Shown here in pieces: positions 56,777 to 64,000 of a stretch of 64,000 nt of DNA. Under the pieces are notes generated by a model. That model did no database searches, was not told the DNA's origin, and saw only the letters and a program-made list of their open reading frames with translations. Location: IMG/VR virus record IMGVR_UViG_3300021964_000012, positions 62,001 through 126,000 of that record; one strand, 5' to 3'. Positions within the stretch are counted from its first letter, which is position 1. Each line of letters begins with the position of its first letter. A program made the position numbers and the translations under genes.

Positions 56777-57295
56777 TTAAATGAGATTGAAATATCGATA
56801 GTTAGGGCTTAGTCTCTGACTGTTAACAACTTTTGCCCAACCTTCTACAGGATATGCACATGTCAAGTCTTTGCAAATATAACATTCAATACCGAGACTG
56901 CTCATGTTTTTATATCCTGTGCGGCGATTGATTATGCACTCTTGTTCATGAAAACCACAGTAGATAATATTTGTAAGGTTGTAATGTTTAAGGTACTTTT
57001 CAACTACAAAAGGTCCAGCTTTGTTTGGATAATGCTGAACGTAGGGTAGATTTTGTAATACGTCTGGTGATTTGTCAATCTCGGTTGTAACCACCAGAGG
57101 ATATTTCATGTTTGGGAGATACTCGATTATCTTTCTCATGTAGACACTGTTCCAAGAATTTAGTTCTCCAGGTCCAAGGTTTTCTGGCACCCAAAATGGA
57201 AATAATTCTTCTTGGTTTTCCCAAGGATCCATGATTATCCAAATAGAATTTTCGTTCAGTTCTGCAATTTGTACTTTGGAAAGTTTAACAAACAT
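56777..57295 (-). CDS. isochorismatase/cysteine-hydrolase-like protein
   Basis: IIMDPW (catalytic Asp) and IIYCGFHEQECII (catalytic Cys), DLT. Confidence 0.55.
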   Translation of the reverse strand: MFVKLSKVQIAELNENSIWIIMDPWENQEELFPFWVPENLGPGELNSWNSVYMRKIIEYLPNMKYPLVVTTEIDKSPDVLQNLPYVQHYPNKAGPFVVEKYLKHYNLTNIIYCGFHEQECIINRRTGYKNMSSLGIECYICKDLTCAYPVEGWAKVVNSQRLSPNYRYFNLI

Positions 57296-57297
57296 TG

Positions 57298-57465
57298 CTA
57301 AGATTTTTTTGGTTTGTACTTTGTTGGATTAGGTGTGTTACCATAAGCACGTGGTCCTACACGTTTTATGGGTTGAGCAAATAGATTGGATTGCACAACT
57401 GCAACGTTACTTGCACTGGTTGTTGATGCGTCAGCATTTTCTTGTATGATGTCTTTGATTTTCAT
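57298..57465 (-). CDS. 55-aa probable capsid-internal protein
   Basis: MKIKDIIQE-NADASTTSASNVAVV...KYKPKKS (hand translation). Confidence 0.6.
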   Translation of the reverse strand: MKIKDIIQENADASTTSASNVAVVQSNLFAQPIKRVGPRAYGNTPNPTKYKPKKS

Positions 57466-57654
57466 TTACTTGCCCTCTGTAAAACTAAGCATGCCTTCAT
57501 AGAAACTGTTGTTAGTGTCTGTAGGAAGATCTTGTGGATTAACAATATTACGAGCCTTGGCCCAAGCATAGCCAGCCATATGTCCTGAGCAGTCTTTGGT
57601 ACAAGGATAGCCTTTGTACATTAATCCTTCTTTTAAGATTTCTTCTGCTTTCAT
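57466..57654 (-). CDS. small probable capsid-internal protein
   Basis: MKAEEILKE-GLMYKGYPCTKDCSGHMAGYAWA. Confidence 0.65.
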   Translation of the reverse strand: MKAEEILKEGLMYKGYPCTKDCSGHMAGYAWAKARNIVNPQDLPTDTNNSFYEGMLSFTEGK

Positions 57655-57851
57655 TTTTTCTTCTTACCCGACTTCATGTTTGCACACCAGTGATACATCT
57701 TTGCACGTTCACCAGATGCTTTCTTTGCTTTTGCACGCAAGTCAGTTACACTTCCTTTGCAACTAGCACCTGCACGTTTTACTCTACCTGGTCGGCTTTT
57801 CCCCTTTACTTTGCCATCTGCAAAGTTTTCTACTATTTCAAAGGCTCGCAT
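57651..57851 (-). CDS. small basic probable capsid-internal protein
   Basis: MRAFEIVE-NFADGK...CKGSV...HWCANMKSGKKKK. Confidence 0.65.
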   Translation of the reverse strand: MRAFEIVENFADGKVKGKSRPGRVKRAGASCKGSVTDLRAKAKKASGERAKMYHWCANMKSGKKKK

Positions 57852-58134
57852 TTTCTTTTACTATACGAAAGGTTGAATTATCAACGATCTCAGCTGATCC
57901 GTAACTACATCTTAGTTTTCTTGTTTTAAATTCACCACCATGATTTTCAATGCGTACAGTGTATTCACCTGGTTCTGCTGAAATTTGCAGTATTTCTGTC
58001 ACGTATTCGATCGGATACCAAGTGTAGTTGCGTTCATTGAACAGTTCATCGTTGACGTAGATTCTATACATCGGTGGTTTGTTTTGCCATTTAGCAAAAA
58101 CATCTAGTTCCATTTTAACAAATTGTTTTTCCAT
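57838..58134 (-). CDS. hypothetical beta-sandwich protein
   Basis: PMYRIYVNDELFNER.Y.W...PGEY.VRIE. Confidence 0.65.
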   Translation of the reverse strand: MEKQFVKMELDVFAKWQNKPPMYRIYVNDELFNERNYTWYPIEYVTEILQISAEPGEYTVRIENHGGEFKTRKLRCSYGSAEIVDNSTFRIVKENASL

Positions 58135-60728
58135 TATAGAACCGCTATCTCTGTTGCAGTGTAATCAGGTGTAAATTGACTGTTAATCTGGAAAAAATAC
58201 TGTGCCTGTTTCATTATCTCATCTCTTGCTTCATCTCTATTGGCGGCTTTTATTGTTCCATCATAGGTTTGATATCTACTATCCCCGGTGTAAGGTATTC
58301 TATATGAAAACTTTTTTAAGTCTGCCTTGTCTGGTTCAGGAAGATCAATCTCTACTTTTAGTGTGTTGAAATCTGGTGTATCAGTTTTCTTCTGTGGATG
58401 CTCAAACACGTTTAAGGCATCTTGTATTGCTGCCTGCGTGGCAGTTTGAGCACTGGATGCGTTTACCTTACGTTCCATTGTTTTTTCTGTACCATCTGCT
58501 GTAGTGTACTGCATAGTATACTTCCACGGCTTTACTGGGCCACCAAGATCCTTTTGCAACTGCTTTGCTTTTGCCAAACGTTTATCATCCGGCCGGCCAT
58601 CAAGTTTGTTTAGTATTGCTTGATTCTGTTTTTGTTGTACAACAAGATTGGCCCAACGCTTTTTAAATACTTCTTTGTTGATATCACCTGATTGAAAGTC
58701 AGCAAACAGACTGTCAATTGTGCGAGCACTGCTTTCGCTTTTGCTCAGTGTTTTGTACAGTTTCTTTTGATACTCTTGTCTGTATGCTTGTGGATCAGCG
58801 GCTATGGTCATTGCTCTTGCAAATCTCAACATAGTATCCATTACTTCATCTACTTCTTGAGCAGTGTACTGTCCGCCTGGTCCTCTAAACTCAATGTAAC
58901 CGTCCTTGATATGTATACTGGTGTATTTTGCTTGTCCAGTACCAGCACGCACATATTCTTCAGCTGCATCTTCCAAGTTGTCTTTCATTTTCTGCATTGC
59001 TTGTGCGGCTTTTTCAGGTGGTAACTGAGCTGCACGAGCTTCCAACTGTCCTAATGCACTGGCTGCATAGTTGTTACTGAGACGCCCGTACTTGCCAAGA
59101 ATGTACTTGTCACCTGAGAATAGCACAAGTTTTGTATAGTCAATGTCGTTGCCCTGTGGTACACTTATATTCATGTGTAGGCCAGTGCTTTGATTTGTAT
59201 AGATGTCTCCATCTTTATCTTCAATATAAGCAAATAGTTTTTCCAGTTGATCAAGTGCTTCATCAAGAGGCATTACCGGTGATACCAGTTCCCAACCAGC
59301 ATCAGGCCCTTCGTCAGCAGTCAAACTGCTGTCTGGTTCAAGAGTATACTTGCCTTCTTCTTTATCACTGCCATGGTACTGATCACTAACGTTTGTGCCT
59401 TTGCCGGTTATCTCACTTATGTCCTGAGCCCAGGAGTCTATTGATATTCCACCACCGCCTTCGGTAAAGTATGGCCACACTAGGTCGTACTTGTTGAGCA
59501 GATCACTCATGGCTTCAATGCCTTCGTGTTCCCAAAACTGATTCCATGTTACACTACCATGTATTTCTTCTTGTACTTCTTCTTGGACTTCTGTCCAGAT
59601 GTTGCCTTGCTCTTCAACTTCCTGGTTCAAGAAGTCTTCTTGTTCATCTTCGTCCATTGATTCAAAGTTTTCATCGCCTTTTAACTTATCTCGTACCAAG
59701 GTGTATTCTTCGTCCATCATTTTTTCTGCTACGAGCATTGATTCGTATTCCATAAGGTCGTCGATGACTACCTCACGAAATCGTTCAGCTTCAATTGGTT
59801 GTAGATTAAGCCATGCATCTTCGTAGCCATAAAACGTACTAATATCATCCAACGTGCCAATTGGCTCATCATAGTCCATGTCTGCTTCATCACCATATTC
59901 ATCTGTTTCACGTTGTGTGTCTACAAATATAAGTTCTAATTCAAATCCTGCACGCACACCTTGAGCTAGTTCACTTTTTGCCCAACTGCGTAATGCACTG
60001 CTTGACATATCTACTTCAAGTAAGTCTTCTTCTTTGATTGCTTGATAACGTTCCATTAGGCTTTCGGCTAATGTTTTTTTCTTACGTTTTTTACCTGGCT
60101 TGGTTTTGTTCACCAGATCCATATTGAGATTCAAGCCAAGTTTTTCTATGTTGCGTTGGTCCTCACCTGGACGTACATCCACAGTGAGTGCAGTTTTGAA
60201 TCTTGGATCGTTTGCTTGTGCGGCAGTTGGAATGTAACCAGATGCTTCGTTTACTTTTTTCTTCTTGCCTGCACAGTGAGCTTTTTGTGAAAAGCCTTTT
60301 GGATTTGAACAGTCAATACTGTCCTTGTATTTTTGACTCCAACCTTCTTCAACTTGCTCTTTTACTTCGTCTGAATATTCAATATCTTCTGCTCCAACTA
60401 TAACTGCTGGTAAGGTTTCTAAGCCTGCTTTACGAGCCGCATGCATTCTATGATGTCCGTCTAAGACTTGATAGCCTTTTGGATCTTTGCGTACCACAAT
60501 TGGCTTTCCTCCCCAAGTGCCAGTTTTCATCTTGAGTGCCATTTTTAGCACAGAATTTTTGTGATGTATGTCATCCATCTTACTAGACGGTTCATAGCCA
60601 AACAGACTCTTCACTGGCACAGGTTTGCTAGGACGTTGCTGATAACTGTCAGGTACATCTGCACCAAAGTACGCAGGATCTGTGTACAGTGTGATTAATT
60701 CTCGATTTTCAAACCAGGTTGCTTTCAT
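58134..60728 (-). CDS. multidomain protein: ParB-like domain, small basic modules and putative amidoligase (COOH-NH2 ligase type 2)
   Basis: VLDGHHR; GWSQKYKDSIDCSNPKGFSQKAHC; GFELE, EPDSSL, ELVSP, TGLHMNIS, KYTSI, IEFRGPGG. Confidence 0.75.
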   Translation of the reverse strand: MKATWFENRELITLYTDPAYFGADVPDSYQQRPSKPVPVKSLFGYEPSSKMDDIHHKNSVLKMALKMKTGTWGGKPIVVRKDPKGYQVLDGHHRMHAARKAGLETLPAVIVGAEDIEYSDEVKEQVEEGWSQKYKDSIDCSNPKGFSQKAHCAGKKKKVNEASGYIPTAAQANDPRFKTALTVDVRPGEDQRNIEKLGLNLNMDLVNKTKPGKKRKKKTLAESLMERYQAIKEEDLLEVDMSSSALRSWAKSELAQGVRAGFELELIFVDTQRETDEYGDEADMDYDEPIGTLDDISTFYGYEDAWLNLQPIEAERFREVVIDDLMEYESMLVAEKMMDEEYTLVRDKLKGDENFESMDEDEQEDFLNQEVEEQGNIWTEVQEEVQEEIHGSVTWNQFWEHEGIEAMSDLLNKYDLVWPYFTEGGGGISIDSWAQDISEITGKGTNVSDQYHGSDKEEGKYTLEPDSSLTADEGPDAGWELVSPVMPLDEALDQLEKLFAYIEDKDGDIYTNQSTGLHMNISVPQGNDIDYTKLVLFSGDKYILGKYGRLSNNYAASALGQLEARAAQLPPEKAAQAMQKMKDNLEDAAEEYVRAGTGQAKYTSIHIKDGYIEFRGPGGQYTAQEVDEVMDTMLRFARAMTIAADPQAYRQEYQKKLYKTLSKSESSARTIDSLFADFQSGDINKEVFKKRWANLVVQQKQNQAILNKLDGRPDDKRLAKAKQLQKDLGGPVKPWKYTMQYTTADGTEKTMERKVNASSAQTATQAAIQDALNVFEHPQKKTDTPDFNTLKVEIDLPEPDKADLKKFSYRIPYTGDSRYQTYDGTIKAANRDEARDEIMKQAQYFFQINSQFTPDYTATEIAVL

Positions 60729-60748
60729 AACAACGTATTTATCGCAAG

Positions 60749-61687
60749 TTAACTTGCTTTCTTTTTCTTGCGTTTGCTAGTGGTTTTGGCAAGCACTTTT
60801 GCACTGCGTCTTTCTGGAGGAAGTTCTGCTTGTTGTTTTGGAATTCCTGCTTCAATTTTTCCTTGATCAGGATCTATAACCAATGGTGCACGATCTTTGA
60901 GTTCGGCATGCAAGGCTTTGTAAGTAGCATCTTGACCAACATGATCGTATGTGTAGGTACCAGTATGTTTCAGTAACACACGTTTGTCAATCCAAACTTG
61001 TCCACCTAGATCTCTCCAGTTTTCACAAAAGGTCCAATCTTCTGAATAGTAACGACCTTCTCTAACATCTGTGTCAAAGAATGTACGCATGTCTTTGTTA
61101 AGTGCAGGGTCTAATCCTATGTCATTGGTAAAAGGAATAGTTGCAGGATGATCAACTAATTTTGCAAACACATGTCTTTTGATCAACATAAAACCTGTAC
61201 CAGTTTTGCTAACTTCTTGTAGCCTACCTAAATCTTCAGTAGCACCACCTTCAATGCCGTTCACGCACCATTTAACTGGCAAACCTTTTAGAGGATACAT
61301 ACCACCAATCACATCTTTGTCATGATGTAATAGCAGTAACAGATGCCACGGTTCCCAACCGATATCGCTATCAATAAACATTAGGTGTGTGCTTTCTGGA
61401 TTGCTTAAAAACTTTGCAACCATGGTATTTCTTGCACGTGATATTAAACTTTCGTTTGTGAGTGTTTCTACAGTATAGTCAATGCCTAACTGTCTAGCAG
61501 TATTTGACCAACGTATAAAACTCATAAAAGTTGATTCTGTTAACATACCTCCATAACAAGGCATACATATATGTACTTTTGTTTTTTTAAGTTTTTCAAT
61601 ATCAACCTGTACTTTGTTTGGATCAGCAACATCCACTTGTGTGTTTTCTGTAACAATTTCGTCAGTGGTTTTCATTTCCTCAGCCAT
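60749..61687 (-). CDS. GT-A fold glycosyltransferase
   Basis: PCYGG, ESLISRARN, FIDSDI (DxD), GTGFMLIKR, SEDWTFC, HTG. Confidence 0.75.
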   Translation of the reverse strand: MAEEMKTTDEIVTENTQVDVADPNKVQVDIEKLKKTKVHICMPCYGGMLTESTFMSFIRWSNTARQLGIDYTVETLTNESLISRARNTMVAKFLSNPESTHLMFIDSDIGWEPWHLLLLLHHDKDVIGGMYPLKGLPVKWCVNGIEGGATEDLGRLQEVSKTGTGFMLIKRHVFAKLVDHPATIPFTNDIGLDPALNKDMRTFFDTDVREGRYYSEDWTFCENWRDLGGQVWIDKRVLLKHTGTYTYDHVGQDATYKALHAELKDRAPLVIDPDQGKIEAGIPKQQAELPPERRSAKVLAKTTSKRKKKKAS

Positions 61688-61747
61688 TGGTCCCTCATAG
61701 GTAATAGTTATATAGGTATTTAATGATTTAGTGCTAGTGGTGGTAAT

Positions 61748-62812
61748 TTATTTGATATCGTTGCTGAGTTCATCTTCTGGCAAGTAATCTTCATTGCTTA
61801 TGTCAATTTCAACTTCTTTTTTAATTGGACGGTTACCACGTTTGTTTTTAAAACTTTGATATTGTCTAAGTGCTGATACCAGTGATTCCATAGCACCTGA
61901 TTTGTAAATTACATATTCAAGGTTATCATAGTTCTCATCTTCCAGCATGTCTGAAAGTGTACGCAATTTGTCCGCCAGGTTGCTTTTAATTGATTGTTCA
62001 CTGTGTGATCCCATACCACCTGCTGGTAGTATGCTTACTTCATTGTCTTTTTGTATTATACGTGTTTCTTTTACTTTATGCTCTGAATCTTTCATTAGTT
62101 CACCGTCAGGCATTACATGATAGCCTTTTGGAATTGGCTTACACTTTTGACTCTGTCTACAGTAGTATTCTCCCAGACCGCACTTTTTATCTTCTTCAAT
62201 TGATCCCATTGGTATTGAAACTGGTTGTTTGTTGCCTAGCACAGTGTTGAATATTTCAATAGCCTTGTTGATCATTGGCTTTGAATTCATTGGGTATAGA
62301 TTAACAATGAGATCTTCTTTTTCATCGTCGCTCATGGTTGGCCATTTGCCACGTATTTCAGTAGCACTGGTCATGCCTGGTCCAAACTGCACTGTAGGTA
62401 AGTAGGTCATGAACCCATGTTGTTTCATGTTTTCTGGCTTGTTTCGTTTTAATGGTTGTAAGTAACTTGCACTACCGTCTTTTTTAAAGCCACCTGGTAA
62501 GGGTGCCACACCACTGTCCTTGTCACTACGTATGAATATTAATTGCGTTGTTTCTGGATCATACAAATCTGTGATCTCTCGTGGCTGGAAAGGTGATTTA
62601 ACTTGCACAAATCTATGTGCAGGAATACCTGCTATCCCAGCAAGTGTTTTCTTTAGTTTGAACGGAAATGGTCTTGAGCTTTTGTCATCTGTGGCGGCAA
62701 TAAACACATCAGCCTTAGGAAACTGTGCAACAGCCGCATCATACAATGCCTTATGTCCTGCATGGAACGGATGAAATCCTCCTGGTATAATAACTAATTT
62801 TTTTAATGCCAT
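61748..62812 (-). CDS. HxGH nucleotidyltransferase (cytidylyltransferase-like) with C-terminal modules
   Basis: PGGFHPFHAGH, SATEIR; then Cys module KKCGLGEYYCRQSQKCKP after an IEE site. Confidence 0.75.
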   Translation of the reverse strand: MALKKLVIIPGGFHPFHAGHKALYDAAVAQFPKADVFIAATDDKSSRPFPFKLKKTLAGIAGIPAHRFVQVKSPFQPREITDLYDPETTQLIFIRSDKDSGVAPLPGGFKKDGSASYLQPLKRNKPENMKQHGFMTYLPTVQFGPGMTSATEIRGKWPTMSDDEKEDLIVNLYPMNSKPMINKAIEIFNTVLGNKQPVSIPMGSIEEDKKCGLGEYYCRQSQKCKPIPKGYHVMPDGELMKDSEHKVKETRIIQKDNEVSILPAGGMGSHSEQSIKSNLADKLRTLSDMLEDENYDNLEYVIYKSGAMESLVSALRQYQSFKNKRGNRPIKKEVEIDISNEDYLPEDELSNDIK

Positions 62813-62820
62813 CTTTTTTC

Positions 62821-63216
62821 CTAGTAGCTCATTGTTATTGGGCCAATTTCGCCATCAGTAAAATCAGTTACAACTGCTCTAACCCATGTAAATTTTCCAT
62901 ATAGAGTAATGCTTTGGTCAGTTGTAATTAAACTAGAACCATCTGCACTATCATTTGGAAAAGTATATGCATCAAACCAATCTGTGGCTTGTGCGTATGG
63001 AATCTCGCCTGTTGGATCAGATGTCTTTGGATCAGTATCAAGGCTGGCTTGAACTATAACTGTTCCAGGAAAGTCATTGCATTGAAATCTAATCTGTTGA
63101 CTGTTGCCTTGTCCGCCATAGTAGCCTACACCTTTTTGTCTAGTTCCTAAAATGGTTGCAGGTGTGCCTAGCTCATGTGTGGTTTGTGCTATAAGTTCAA
63201 GGCTGCTAGATTTCAT
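62821..63216 (-). CDS. hypothetical (probable virion) protein
   Basis: GYYG...QASL...DWF...GKFTWVRA. Confidence 0.6.
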   Translation of the reverse strand: MKSSSLELIAQTTHELGTPATILGTRQKGVGYYGGQGNSQQIRFQCNDFPGTVIVQASLDTDPKTSDPTGEIPYAQATDWFDAYTFPNDSADGSSLITTDQSITLYGKFTWVRAVVTDFTDGEIGPITMSY

Positions 63217-63218
63217 TT

Positions 63219-63398
63219 TTACTCTGCTTTTAATACTTCTACTAGAACAGGCCCAGGAGCACCTTCACTGGCAAGTTGTGTAATTACTTGCTCTAGTTGT
63301 GAAATTACATCTTGACTTAGTAATTCTCTACTAGGAGAATCGTCTTTAACCAGTTCGCTTACTGTGATTGCTATTGATGTTGAATTTATCTTTGCCAT
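63219..63398 (-). CDS. 59-aa hypothetical protein
   Basis: MAKINSTSIAITVSELVKDD...VLVEVLKAE; ATAAATA 5 nt upstream. Confidence 0.6.
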   Translation of the reverse strand: MAKINSTSIAITVSELVKDDSPSRELLSQDVISQLEQVITQLASEGAPGPVLVEVLKAE

Positions 63399-63416
63399 GC
63401 TGTTATTTATCCATTC

Positions 63417-64000
63417 CTATTCTTGTGTTTCATTGACAGTTACAATACCATTTGTGTCTATGTAAGCATCACTGGGTGAGCCTTTAGGTTTAACATCAAG
63501 TGTTATTCTTGGACGTTTGCCTTTGAACCATACATCAGCAGTTACATGAACATTTTCCAGTTTTTCAAAAAGTATCTTTTTACTTAACGGCACTTTGATA
63601 ATTTCGTCAATCTTTCTGCCCAATGGTCTTGCACCCATTTTAGGATCATATCCAACGTCAACAAGATATTCTACCATTGCTTCTGTTACAATAATATTAA
63701 TATTTTTTTGTTTTAGGTTTGCTCTGAGTTCGTTGATAAACTTTGCAACAATTTTTTTGATTGCAAATGGTTCTAGTGTTTTGAACTTGACTATCAGATC
63801 TAATCTGTTGCGTAGTTCTGGCTTGAAAAAATCTTTTACTGCTTTGTCTTCACTGCCAGTACGTACAAGTTCTTGACCAAATCCAATATTGTTGTTTTCG
63901 TTGTCTCTAGCACCAAGATTTGATGTTAGTATAATAATACAGTTTTTTACATCAACAGTTTTGCCATTTGATCCTGTGATCTTACCTTCGTCCATCATTT
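63417..64000 (-). CDS. ClpA/ClpB-family AAA+ ATPase, C-terminal part
   Basis: DEGKIT, IILTSNLGA, FKPELRNRLD, GYDPKMGARPL; 5' part lies outside the window. Confidence 0.9.
   Translation of the reverse strand, partial: MMDEGKITGSNGKTVDVKNCIIILTSNLGARDNENNNIGFGQELVRTGSEDKAVKDFFKPELRNRLDLIVKFKTLEPFAIKKIVAKFINELRANLKQKNINIIVTEAMVEYLVDVGYDPKMGARPLGRKIDEIIKVPLSKKILFEKLENVHVTADVWFKGKRPRITLDVKPKGSPSDAYIDTNGIVTVNETQE

Overview
This window is a segment of a large, AT-rich dsDNA phage genome (T4-distant jumbo-myovirus type, probably aquatic). Almost everything is on the minus strand; standard code 11 gives long, tightly abutting ORFs. Read right to left it contains six parts. (1) The end of a ClpA/B ATPase, then a late-promoter block (52.7-62.8 kb) of probable capsid-internal proteins, many with short Glu-terminated leaders and built from small basic/Cys modules, plus Dps, an amidoligase and a HxGH nucleotidyltransferase. 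(2) A glycosyltransferase/radical-SAM/oxygenase cluster with a structured RNA candidate (46-52 kb). (3) Replication genes: family-B polymerase, clamp, DsbA-like protein and RNase H. (4) A 7-deazaguanine modification pathway spread over 23-40 kb: FolE, QueD, QueE, a TGT/DpdA-like transglycosylase and a DpdL-like T-fold protein, with no QueC in the window. It is co-linear with a GT-B glycosyltransferase, GalE, a short DegT aminotransferase, a purine PRTase, a HIT hydrolase and one unknown gene. This is the best candidate for an undescribed system, a possibly glycosylated deazaguanine DNA modification. (5) Many single glycan-tailoring-type genes (6 SGNH-like paralogs, sulfotransferase-like, exostosin-like, SDR and rSAM genes) inserted one by one between core genes. 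(6) An auxiliary cassette (TctA/TctC, PP-loop protein, three tandem oxygenases, ribosomal protein L33, GlyA, AsnB) and tRNA-Arg/tRNA-Trp. All calls come from motif recognition by eye; no searches were run. Several starts were refined from the ORF track.
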